A stretch of DNA of 50,082 bases from a virus (taxonomy: Duplodnaviria; Caudoviricetes), in the IMG/VR virus record IMGVR_UViG_3300015370_000020, positions 1-50,082 of that record. One strand, given 5' to 3'. The notes beneath the pieces are model-generated. The model did no database searches. It saw only the letters and a list, made by a program, of their open reading frames with translations, and had not been told where the DNA came from. Below, in pieces: positions 7,835 to 15,777 of the stretch. Every line of letters begins with the position of its first letter. The stretch's first letter is position 1. The position numbers were made by a program, and so were the translations under genes.

Positions 7835-8214
7835 TGGCCTTCTCCCGTCCTGTCGTGCTCGATCGCCTTGCCGGCGTCGACCGTGCGCCAGTCGGGCCAC
7901 TTGCGCGTTTCGTTTCGGGACTGCTTGGCGAGGATCAGGTCAACTGCCTGGGCAGCGGCGCTTTCCGGTGTTTTCCGTCCGTTGATATAGTTGCCGGCAT
8001 CAATGGATTCGCCGAAGGCGATTTCCCGCGTCAGGCCGTCTAGCGCCAGAATGACGACATCGACCCATTCCATCGCGGATCCGCCGGAAAGCAGGACCTC
8101 GTCAAGTTCCTTGCGGATGTGATCGATCACGCCTTCGGTGCGGGTGCCCGGGCCGAAGGTGGCATGGCTGAACGCCATTTGCCGAAGCAGGTGCTGCTCG
8201 AGGCCGAGGCTCAT
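7831..8214 (-). CDS. DUF550 / dATP-dGTP pyrophosphohydrolase (MazG-like) protein
   Basis: FSHATFGPG, DHIRKELDEV, EWVDVVILALDG and KQSRNETRKWPDWR...AIEH motifs. Confidence 0.88.
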   Translation of the reverse strand: MSLGLEQHLLRQMAFSHATFGPGTRTEGVIDHIRKELDEVLLSGGSAMEWVDVVILALDGLTREIAFGESIDAGNYINGRKTPESAAAQAVDLILAKQSRNETRKWPDWRTVDAGKAIEHDRTGEGQ

Positions 8215-8438
8215 GACAGCCTCCGCACGCTCTGCCGGCGGGCGCGGGCGACAGCGTCGGGCGCCAGCCGCTTGATGCTGGCCGGAGACCAGCCGCGTTC
8301 CGCTAGCGTCTCGGGGCTCACAGCCTGGCCGGCGAAGGCCATCTCGCGCATTTCGTCGGCCATGCGATCGATCAGCGCCGTGCGACAAGTAGGGAGCGGA
8401 GTGGCAGTGTCTGCCGGGGAAGCCTGGAAGCGGATCAT
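8211..8438 (-). CDS. Hypothetical protein near the start of the leftward operon
   Basis: MIRFQASP...LIDRMADEMREMAF...RGWS; coupled to the DUF550 gene. Confidence 0.7.
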   Translation of the reverse strand: MIRFQASPADTATPLPTCRTALIDRMADEMREMAFAGQAVSPETLAERGWSPASIKRLAPDAVARARRQSVRRLS

Positions 8439-8509
8439 GCGGTCACCTTTTGCTTGACGCACTTCTCCGGCGTGCGAGTATGTGAACCCGCAACCGGAGG
8501 GTGGATGGA

Positions 8510-8851
8510 ATGAAGCGGATCTTGATGGTGATGGCGGCGGCGGGCTTGGCGTCCATATCGCTGGCCACTGCGCAGGAAAGCACCTACGACACCGTGACCC
8601 GAAAATACGGCGAGGCCTACGCCATTGCCGATATCTGCCCCTCGTTGGGAATCAATGCGAGCCGCATGGCGGTTTACCTCGTGGGCCTCGGTCTCGAACC
8701 CGACGAGGTCTTCAAGCGCCGTGTGCTGGAGCGGGTCGCTGCCGCCAAGGCAGAGCTTGCGGGTGTCAACCGGTACAAGGTCTGCACACTGGGTCACATG
8801 CTCTACGGCGAAAGCGGAACCAACGCTCCGGGTCTGCTTAAGGTGGAATGA
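8510..8851 (+). CDS. Small secreted protein (moron) with signal peptide
   Basis: MKRILMVMAAAGLASISLATA/QE signal peptide; two Cys; own TTGACG promoter at 8454; opposite to the operon. Confidence 0.8.
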   Translation: MKRILMVMAAAGLASISLATAQESTYDTVTRKYGEAYAIADICPSLGINASRMAVYLVGLGLEPDEVFKRRVLERVAAAKAELAGVNRYKVCTLGHMLYGESGTNAPGLLKVE

Positions 8852-8922
8852 CCGCATGTCCTGTCTCCGACGATAGCTGGATGCATTGATGACCTCCAAG
8901 CGGGCGCTTGGCTATGACATAA

Positions 8923-8978
8923 ATATGGCGATAATCGCTATATGGTGTCAAGCCAAAATATAGCGATATTCGCTATTA
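8923..8978. promoter_or_regulatory. Left operators (8923-8943, 8958-8978) and leftward promoter PL
   Basis: ATATGGCGATAATCGCTATAT and ATATAGCGATATTCGCTATTA near-palindromes flanking a minus-strand TTGACA (8946-8951). Confidence 0.85.
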
Positions 8979-9036
8979 TGGCCTTATCATCCCGCTGGTA
9001 GCATTCGCCAATGCAGCAATTCCGGATTGAATTCAT

Positions 9037-9687
9037 ATGCTTAGATTCGATGTAAAGGGCTCGGCCAGAAAACCGTACCGTGTCACGGCAGAGGGATCGG
9101 GTCTCGATTTGCGGATGTACTGCACGTGCGCGGCCGGTGGGTTGGGCGGGCAGTTTTGCAAGCATACAGCCGCGTTGCTCGTCGGAGACATCTCCAACCT
9201 GGAGTCGGCGGCGCAGGATGTGGAAGCGCTTCGGGCTCTTGCGGTCGGCAGCCCGCTGCTCGCGCGGGCATTGCAGCATGTGCCGAGCGCGGCCAAGCGC
9301 CCAGCCATTCGCGGATTTCCGGATCTTCAGTCAGTGGCAGCCGGATTTGGGGAAGAGCTTCGCAAACAGGGCTGGTACGTCCAGTGGGGCGCAACTGGCT
9401 TCGATGGCGATGAAACCCTGGGTCTGCACAAGCTGACGAAGGGCGGCAAACCGCGAAAGTGGCCAGCGGTGTCGCTTGAGTACCAGGAATATGTCTACGA
9501 GTTCCAGGACGGGGAGAACGGTTTCGCGGAGGCGATCCGCGGAGAGAAAAGATCCCGGCCCTGGATCGTGCGCGGAAAGAAGACGGGAACGTTCGGTAGC
9601 CTTGACCGGGCGCTGCCGGTTTTCCTTGATGAGGCAGAGCGATTGGCGCCTATTCCGGCCGCACCGAATAGACCACCCGTCCGATGA
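9037..9687 (+). CDS. SWIM zinc-finger domain protein
   Basis: YRV...MYCTCAAGGLGGQFCKH (CxC-xn-CxH); uncharacterised C-terminal domain. Confidence 0.8.
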   Translation: MLRFDVKGSARKPYRVTAEGSGLDLRMYCTCAAGGLGGQFCKHTAALLVGDISNLESAAQDVEALRALAVGSPLLARALQHVPSAAKRPAIRGFPDLQSVAAGFGEELRKQGWYVQWGATGFDGDETLGLHKLTKGGKPRKWPAVSLEYQEYVYEFQDGENGFAEAIRGEKRSRPWIVRGKKTGTFGSLDRALPVFLDEAERLAPIPAAPNRPPVR

Positions 9688-10276
9688 CGCGAACGATATC
9701 TCCGTCGTCGCCTTCCAGCGTGAGCGGCTCTTGGTGCCTCGGATCTGTCGAATCCGGCATAAGCCACAGGTTTCCTGTGTCGTCCCGGGCAAGTGTCTTG
9801 ACCGTTGCTTCTCTTCGGCCATCGGGTTTTTCCCGCTCGACCACGTAGCGTTTGCCGACTTCAAGCGACTCCGGCCGTTCAATTAGCGAAGTAAAGACTA
9901 TAACCGTGCCTTCAGGATAAACCCGGTTCATTGAGGGGCCGCGCGTCTCCGCGCCATAGAGCGACATTGCGGCCAGGCCCGGCGAAAACGGCACCGACAC
10001 GTCGTACCAGTCTTGCTCGTCCCATTCGAATGCTTCGCGCCACGAACCGGCCTCGACGCATCCGCGCACCCGTACAGTCCGCACGCTGCTTGAGTCGCTG
10101 ATAAGGTCAACCGGTTCGACATGAAATATGTCAGCCAGTTCGCGCATGCGGTTGTAGGTGAGTTCGACTTTTCCGTTTTCCAACCGGTTGTAATTGGTCA
10201 AATCAATACCAAGCCGATCTGCGACTTCGGCTTGCGTCATTCGGCGCTCTTTGCGAATTGTCTTTAATCTCAACAT
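9650..10276 (-). CDS. CI-like repressor (XRE HTH plus S24 peptidase)
   Basis: LKTIRKERRMTQAEVADRLG...YNRLENG HTH; EAG cleavage site; GPSM serine and TVK lysine dyad. Confidence 0.93.
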   Translation of the reverse strand: MLRLKTIRKERRMTQAEVADRLGIDLTNYNRLENGKVELTYNRMRELADIFHVEPVDLISDSSSVRTVRVRGCVEAGSWREAFEWDEQDWYDVSVPFSPGLAAMSLYGAETRGPSMNRVYPEGTVIVFTSLIERPESLEVGKRYVVEREKPDGRREATVKTLARDDTGNLWLMPDSTDPRHQEPLTLEGDDGDIVRVIGRVVYSVRPE

Positions 10277-10283
10277 GTTACAA

Positions 10284-10364
10284 ATATAGCGAAATTCGCT
10301 AACCCAAAATATGGCGTTTTGCGCCAAATATTGGTTGACAGAAGTATGGCGAATATCGCTATAT
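10284..10364. promoter_or_regulatory. Right operators (10284-10304, 10309-10329, 10344-10364) with divergent PR/PRM promoters
   Basis: Three copies of the ATAT(A/G)GCG-n-CGC(T/C)A motif; TTGACA at 10335-10340. Confidence 0.85.
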
Positions 10365-10371
10365 TTGGGCT

Positions 10372-10638
10372 ATGAAGCTCACACAATGGCGATTGAACCA
10401 GATAAAGACGCTGACCGAGTGCGCCGCCTTGTTCGGGCTGGCGAGCGCCAGAACCTATCAGCGTTACGAGACCGGAGAGACCCGTGCGGACGCGGATCTG
10501 GTGGAGGTCATTGTCCGCCAAACGGACGGACAGGTGACTGCAACGGACATGCACATCACCCGGCTGGATTGGCTCAGGGCCAACCGCCCGGAGAAGTTCG
10601 CGGGTTTGGCCGCCACAACCCCGGAGGCTGCCGAATGA
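10372..10638 (+). CDS. Cro-like HTH protein
   Basis: MKLTQWR...TLTECAALFG...TYQRYETG...TDGQVTATD; divergent from cI. Confidence 0.9.
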   Translation: MKLTQWRLNQIKTLTECAALFGLASARTYQRYETGETRADADLVEVIVRQTDGQVTATDMHITRLDWLRANRPEKFAGLAATTPEAAE

Positions 10639-10658
10639 GTGCGCCCCGATCACACTTC

Positions 10659-10734
10659 TGCAGGATGGAGAAGAGGTCATCTCACGTGGCTCATAACCAC
10701 GAGATCGCCGGTTCGAATCCGGCTCCTGCAACCA
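10659..10734 (+). tRNA. Phage tRNA-Met(CAU), initiator-like
   Basis: Acceptor TGCAGGA/TCCTGCA followed by ACCA; anticodon arm CGTGG-CTCATAA-CCACG; T arm GCCGG-TTCGAAT-CCGGC. Confidence 0.9.
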
Positions 10735-10739
10735 GTCAC

Positions 10740-11039
10740 TCAGTTTCTGCTGCCGCTCGGTGGCTTCGCAACTGCCGCGATGAATTTTTCGGAAAGGGTT
10801 TGAAAATGATCCCAGGCAAGTCCTGCAATTTCGTTCGCCTGCTCTTCGCCGGTCTTGGCGGTACGCTCTGCGCCGCGGGCGAGGCTCTGCTCCGTCGCTC
10901 CCATCACGGTCTCGATGAAAAGGCGCGGGTCCTGAGTGAGTTGCGCCATGGTGACCACCAGTTGCTGAAGCATAACCTCGCTGACCGCAAGCCGGGCGTC
11001 GCGCAGATTGTCGAGGTCGATCCGGTGTTTGTCGCTCAT
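10740..11039 (-). CDS. Hypothetical helical protein antisense to the PR operon
   Basis: MSDKHRIDL...; AGGAG RBS; amphipathic helices. Confidence 0.65.
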   Translation of the reverse strand: MSDKHRIDLDNLRDARLAVSEVMLQQLVVTMAQLTQDPRLFIETVMGATEQSLARGAERTAKTGEEQANEIAGLAWDHFQTLSEKFIAAVAKPPSGSRN

Positions 11040-11255
11040 TCGGGGCGGTCTCCTGTTTCGGCGTCGGACGTGTCGGCAGGATATGGCCTTTGGGCGCGGA
11101 TGCAAGCGGAGGCTGCTCCGTTCGCTTTTCGGGTTTGATTGCCTGAATTTGCATCATCCGGTCCTCCTTGAACACCGGATGATCTGACCAGTTTTGAACG
11201 CTTCCCACCACGGGAAAGAGAACCGGGTTTTCCCGGAACGGGAAAGGTGTGTCCA

Positions 11256-11741
11256 ATGCTCAAGAATGCATGGTTTTACCGCATCAAGGCGGCGCAGCGC
11301 GATCTGATCGCGCTGTCGGGCGGCATCGAACGCGCTGCCGAGATCACTTGGATCTCCAAGAGCCATGTCGGCCGCTGGAACAATGCCCAAGACACGGACC
11401 TGATGCCGCTCAACGCGGTGTTGATGCTGGAAGAGCATTGCGGCGTGGCCGTGGTCACCAGCGTGATGGCGGAACTCAACGGCCGCCGCCTTGCCGACGA
11501 GACCGAGGCCACTCGGCAGAACGCCGATGTTCTCTCCGCCTATGCTGAAGCAGTACGCCACGCCGGCGAGGTCATGAGCGCCGGTGCCATAGCTCTGGCC
11601 GACGGCAAGGTGACGCCCGCCGAGGCGCTGACCGTCGATCGTGCAGTCTCGGTGCTCGAGCGCGGGCTTTCGGATTTGCGCCAGACTCTCGCCCACGTTC
11701 GGGCCGGCGATCTGAAGATCGTCGGCGGGGAGGGCAAGTGA
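11256..11741 (+). CDS. CII-like phage regulatory protein
   Basis: IKAAQRDLIALSGGIERAAE...SHVGRW...ALADGKVTPAEA pattern; position after cro. Confidence 0.75.
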   Translation: MLKNAWFYRIKAAQRDLIALSGGIERAAEITWISKSHVGRWNNAQDTDLMPLNAVLMLEEHCGVAVVTSVMAELNGRRLADETEATRQNADVLSAYAEAVRHAGEVMSAGAIALADGKVTPAEALTVDRAVSVLERGLSDLRQTLAHVRAGDLKIVGGEGK

Positions 11742-12049
11742 TGGCGTCCGTTTTCAAGGGCCAATCTGCAGGCAAGTCCGAGCGCGTTTCGCCTCTCCGG
11801 TTTTGCACCGATGCAATTGCTGTGGGCAATGCCTGCCGCGCTCTCAATGTCGCGACCGGTTTTCCGGCTCCTGTCGTGGCCGATGCTGCGCGGCAGCTGA
11901 GGCTTCTGACCTCGGTCTTCTCTGCCGCGGCCGTTCCCTCGTTTCGCTCCGCCGGCCGTCACCTGGCGCTGGCCGAAGTCGCCGCCATGGATGCGGTCGA
12001 AGGCCGGGCGCGGTTCGCGCGCCCGCAACAGGCGAGGTTCGGCAAATGA
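11738..12049 (+). CDS. Hypothetical protein
   Basis: Start/stop overlaps on both sides. Confidence 0.5.
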   Translation: MMASVFKGQSAGKSERVSPLRFCTDAIAVGNACRALNVATGFPAPVVADAARQLRLLTSVFSAAAVPSFRSAGRHLALAEVAAMDAVEGRARFARPQQARFGK

Positions 12050-12984
12050 TCGTGCCCGTCAATCAGAGCCAGCCCAGCGCCCTGCGCCCGGTCACGGTTC
12101 CCGCCGCCATGGAAAAGCCGGTGGTGCGCGGCAATCGCCCGCATCTGGGTTGGGTGGAGATCTCGAAACTCCGGATCGACGACCGCTACCAGCGGCCGCT
12201 GCAGCGGCACAACTGGGATGCGATCGGCCGCATTGCCAAATCCTTCGACTGGAGCCTGTTCACGGTTGTCGATGTCGCACCGATCGGCGACCAGCTGTTC
12301 TCGGTGATCGACGGGCAGCACCGGGTGCATGCGGCGTTGATGGTTGGCATCGACAAGGTTCCGGTGCGCATCGTCGCGCAGCCGCTCGAAGGCCAGGCCC
12401 GCGCCTTCATGGGCATCAATGGCAATGTGACGGCCATCTCGACCTTTCACGTGCTGCGCGCCAGCCTGACTGCAGGCGAGGCCTGGGCGGTGGAAGCCGA
12501 CCGGGCGATCACCCGCGCCGGGTGCCGGCTGATGACCTCCAATCGGGCCACTCATGAGCGCAAGCCCGGCGAAGTCTGTGCCGTGCAATGGGTGCGTGGT
12601 CTCGCCGAGCGCGACAACGCTGCCGATACATGGGCGATCGCGCGGCTCGAAATTGCACTCGCAAGCCTCAAGACAAGCGTAGAGGGCGGAGCCGACGCCG
12701 GACTCTGGACCCACGTGATGCTGCGCGCCTGGTATGGCGCGGTTGAAGGCCTTGACGATTATCTCGATGCGCCGGGCGCCGCAGGCGCGCTCGCTCGGTT
12801 TCTTGACCGGGAAGGGCTGGTCCGGCTGCTGGCCCGGGCCGAGGACCGGTACCGGCAGGCCAAGCGCGACGGCAAGCCATCCGCTGCGGTCTACCGCCTG
12901 TTGATGGGAGACTTGCAGGACCGGCTCGACCATGCCTTTCCGGACCGGTCGGCTTTCACGCGGGCAGGGGAGGCGGGCCGGTGA
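12046..12984 (+). CDS. ParB/Srx-like N-terminal domain protein (DUF6551-like)
   Basis: LRIDDRYQR, FDW, VIDGQHRVHAA and AFMGIN motifs. Confidence 0.8.
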   Translation: MIVPVNQSQPSALRPVTVPAAMEKPVVRGNRPHLGWVEISKLRIDDRYQRPLQRHNWDAIGRIAKSFDWSLFTVVDVAPIGDQLFSVIDGQHRVHAALMVGIDKVPVRIVAQPLEGQARAFMGINGNVTAISTFHVLRASLTAGEAWAVEADRAITRAGCRLMTSNRATHERKPGEVCAVQWVRGLAERDNAADTWAIARLEIALASLKTSVEGGADAGLWTHVMLRAWYGAVEGLDDYLDAPGAAGALARFLDREGLVRLLARAEDRYRQAKRDGKPSAAVYRLLMGDLQDRLDHAFPDRSAFTRAGEAGR

Positions 12985-13571
12985 TCCCGCTACCGCCCGG
13001 TCCGTTCAATGTCATCTATGCCGACCCGCCTTGGCGGTTCGAGCCGTGGTCACATCGCGGCGAGGATCGCGGCGCGGTGCAGCACTATGACTGCATGGAT
13101 CTTGACGCCATCGCGGCGCTGCCGGTGGCAGATATCGCGGCTGAGGATGCTGCGCTGTTCATGTGGGTGGTGCAGCCGATGCTGCCCGAGGCGCTGAAGC
13201 TGATCGAGGCCTGGGGCTTCACCTACAAGACCGTGGCCTTTGCCTGGTTCAAGATCAAGGGCGATCCGGCGCAGCGCTTTCTTTTTGCCGACTCCGGCTC
13301 GGTCCGAAAGGGGCTCGGCTATCACACGCGATCGGGCATGGAGCAATGCTGGCTCGCCACCCGCGGCAAGGGCTACGACCGGCTGACCAAAGGCGAGGCA
13401 CAGGCCCACCTCGAAGGCATCCGTGAACACTCCCGCAAACCCGACCATTTTGCCGACGCCATCACCCGGCTGACCGGCGACGTGCCTAAGCTTGAAATGT
13501 TTGCCCGGACCAAGCGGCCAGGTTGGAGCGTGTGGGGCAATCAGACTGACCGTTTCGGGGAGGTGGCGTGA
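12981..13571 (+). CDS. MT-A70 family amino-methyltransferase
   Basis: VIYADPPW, HY..M, WGFTYKT, GLGYHTR, HSRKP, LEMFAR and WGNQ motifs. Confidence 0.93.
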   Translation: MIPLPPGPFNVIYADPPWRFEPWSHRGEDRGAVQHYDCMDLDAIAALPVADIAAEDAALFMWVVQPMLPEALKLIEAWGFTYKTVAFAWFKIKGDPAQRFLFADSGSVRKGLGYHTRSGMEQCWLATRGKGYDRLTKGEAQAHLEGIREHSRKPDHFADAITRLTGDVPKLEMFARTKRPGWSVWGNQTDRFGEVA

Positions 13572-13939
13572 TGAATGCTCCTCTCGCTGACATCCGCCTC
13601 ACCATAGTTACCAATCATCCGGCGCGCGCCATCCTTGCGGTCCTCGGCGTCGAGACGGCACCCGCCTGGCTCGCGGTCGTCACCACGCTCGAAGGCGTTC
13701 GGGCATTGCCCGCCGGAGCCAAGGTCATCGGCCAATGGTTCGAGCCACGCAAGCACCGCTCGGCGCTTGAATGGGCGTTTCAGGCGCGCCGCCTGCAGGG
13801 CGATCTCATCGGCCTCTCGCTTGAGGATTGCGACAAGCTCGCCGCCTGGGCCGCGCGGCACGGCGCTCACGCGACGGTGGATTCAAGCCTCGCCGCGGCG
13901 ACCAGCGGCATGGTGATCAGCGAACGGAGGATCTCATGA
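13568..13939 (+). CDS. Hypothetical protein
   Basis: GAGG RBS; coupled starts and stops. Confidence 0.7.
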   Translation: MMNAPLADIRLTIVTNHPARAILAVLGVETAPAWLAVVTTLEGVRALPAGAKVIGQWFEPRKHRSALEWAFQARRLQGDLIGLSLEDCDKLAAWAARHGAHATVDSSLAAATSGMVISERRIS

Positions 13940-14148
13940 GCATCCATCTTCACGTCGGCAGTCCGGCCAGGGGGTTCCCATCGGCGATCAAGCAGCTGGG
14001 CATCGTGGCGCTGTGGCAGGCGGGTTTCGATCACGACGAAATCGGCCATGTCACCTCGCTGCATCCCTCGCGGGTGGCGAAGGTGCTCGACCTGGTGCGG
14101 GAGAAAACCGGCGCGCTGCGCCCGGCGCATCCGGAGGTAATGCGATGA
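13936..14148 (+). CDS. Small HTH-like protein
   Basis: IVALWQAGFDHDEIGHVTSLHPSRVAKVL; GGAGG RBS. Confidence 0.65.
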   Translation: MSIHLHVGSPARGFPSAIKQLGIVALWQAGFDHDEIGHVTSLHPSRVAKVLDLVREKTGALRPAHPEVMR

Positions 14149-14750
14149 CGGTTGGTCTTGGCAGTTCGTGGTTCATCGGTCCGTTCCCGCACATCGCGCA
14201 GAGTGTGCCCGGTGGGCCGTTCGGCAGTCCTTCCGCGATCGCGCCGCATTTCGATGCGCTGGAGCCTGCGGAACAGGCCTCGGCCGTCAACCTGATGCTG
14301 GAGCGCGGCGACGATATCGGACAGATCGCCGACTGGCTCGGCCTGTCGCGGGCGGCAATCGAGGCCATCAGCGTTCGGCGCTGCCAGCCCCTCAGCCCCC
14401 GAGGCGAGGGTGATGACGTCAAAAGCATGCGTGGGTCGGGGCCCAAGCGCCGTGCGGTTTCATGTGCCGCAGTCGACCGTGCGCTCGATGACACGCTGTT
14501 GGCGATCGATGCGCTGCGGGCGAGAGCGGGCGCGGGGCGCGATAGGGCGTTCGACCTGACGCTTGAGGAGGTCTGCCAAGCGTGCGGCTTCGGGCTGGAG
14601 ACAGCGCGCCGCCGGTTCAAGGAGCTTGAAATCCGCAAGTGGGTGCGCCGCACGCTGCGCCCGGGCCAGCCGGCGCTGGTGACGATCGCGCTTGCCGGGC
14701 AGTGCCGCTTGAAGGCTTTGGCGGGCAACAAGGGGAGGGCTGAGCCATGA
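14145..14750 (+). CDS. HTH / winged-helix protein
   Basis: IGQIADWLGLSRAAI and LTLEEVCQACGFGLETARRRFKELE helices. Confidence 0.65.
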   Translation: MTVGLGSSWFIGPFPHIAQSVPGGPFGSPSAIAPHFDALEPAEQASAVNLMLERGDDIGQIADWLGLSRAAIEAISVRRCQPLSPRGEGDDVKSMRGSGPKRRAVSCAAVDRALDDTLLAIDALRARAGAGRDRAFDLTLEEVCQACGFGLETARRRFKELEIRKWVRRTLRPGQPALVTIALAGQCRLKALAGNKGRAEP

Positions 14751-15073
14751 TGGCGCGAATTCTCCGCGAGCCGCGGCCGCTGTACATCATCGCGCCGGAT
14801 CTCTGGCAGTGCCGCAGAACCGCGCTGGTCCACGGGCTCAACCCGGAATCGCTCGGCGATGTCCGCTGCATTACCTCCGCCTACCAGCTGCGCGGCACCC
14901 GGCCCGGCACGCCCTTCATCACCCACGGCCGCGAGACGTGGGTGCGCGCCATGCCCGGCGTCTACGATCTCGACCAGGCCATCGACATCCTGTTGCGAAC
15001 CGGCCGTCTGCGCGTCGCCGGAGCCGACGACATCGCCGCGGCGTGCGGAGAAAATGCGGAGGCGAGAGTTTGA
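14747..15073 (+). CDS. Hypothetical protein
   Basis: Coupled operon gene. Confidence 0.7.
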   Translation: MMARILREPRPLYIIAPDLWQCRRTALVHGLNPESLGDVRCITSAYQLRGTRPGTPFITHGRETWVRAMPGVYDLDQAIDILLRTGRLRVAGADDIAAACGENAEARV

Positions 15074-15777
15074 TGGCTTCCTTGCGTGTTCTCGTCGGGT
15101 GTGAGTTCACCGGCACGGTCCGCGATGCGTTTCTGGCGCGGGGCCATGACGCATGGTCGTGCGACCTGCTGCCGGACGAACAGCGCTCAAACCGGCATAT
15201 CCAGGGCGACGTGCGCGATATTCTAGCGGACGGCTGGGATCTGTTGATCGTGGCACATCCGCCTTGCACACGGCTGTGCCGGTCTGGCAGGCGCTGGCTG
15301 TCCGGCCCGGGCAAGATGACCCCGCCGAAGAAACTTCCGAAGGGGCGGACCTGGCAGAGCATGAAAGACGAGTTCGAGGCAGGGCTCGATCTGTTCATTG
15401 CCTGCTGGCGCGCGCCAGTCGACCGCGTGGCGATCGAGAATCCGGAGATGCACGATCTGGCCCGCGTGCGGCTGCCGGGTGATGTGCCAAGACCGGCCAT
15501 CGTCCATCCGTTCTGGTTCGGTCACCCGGAATACAAGGCAACCGGCTGGTATCTGCGCGGGCTGTCTGCCCTGACCGAAACCCGACGGCTTCCCGAGCCG
15601 GAGAAAGGCAGCGAAGAGTGGAAGGCCTGGAACCGCGTGTGGCGCATGTCTCCGGGCAAGGATGGCGGCAAGAACCGGGGCAAGGAGCGCAGCCGGTTTT
15701 TCCCGCCCATGGCCGATGCGATGGCAGACCAATGGGGCCGCGAGGCCTTGCGCCAGGTGTCGAGGGCTGCCGCATGA
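15073..15777 (+). CDS. Compact C5 cytosine DNA methyltransferase-like protein
   Basis: RVLVGCE.TG.VRDAF, SCDLLP, AHPPCT (catalytic PC) and IENP motifs. Confidence 0.8.
   Translation: MASLRVLVGCEFTGTVRDAFLARGHDAWSCDLLPDEQRSNRHIQGDVRDILADGWDLLIVAHPPCTRLCRSGRRWLSGPGKMTPPKKLPKGRTWQSMKDEFEAGLDLFIACWRAPVDRVAIENPEMHDLARVRLPGDVPRPAIVHPFWFGHPEYKATGWYLRGLSALTETRRLPEPEKGSEEWKAWNRVWRMSPGKDGGKNRGKERSRFFPPMADAMADQWGREALRQVSRAAA

Noticed and set aside
6649-8214. Complete Z-base (2-aminoadenine) pathway
   Set aside because: No purZ-like or DNA polymerase gene in the prophage
12981-15777. Restriction-modification system
   Set aside because: No recognisable endonuclease next to either methyltransferase
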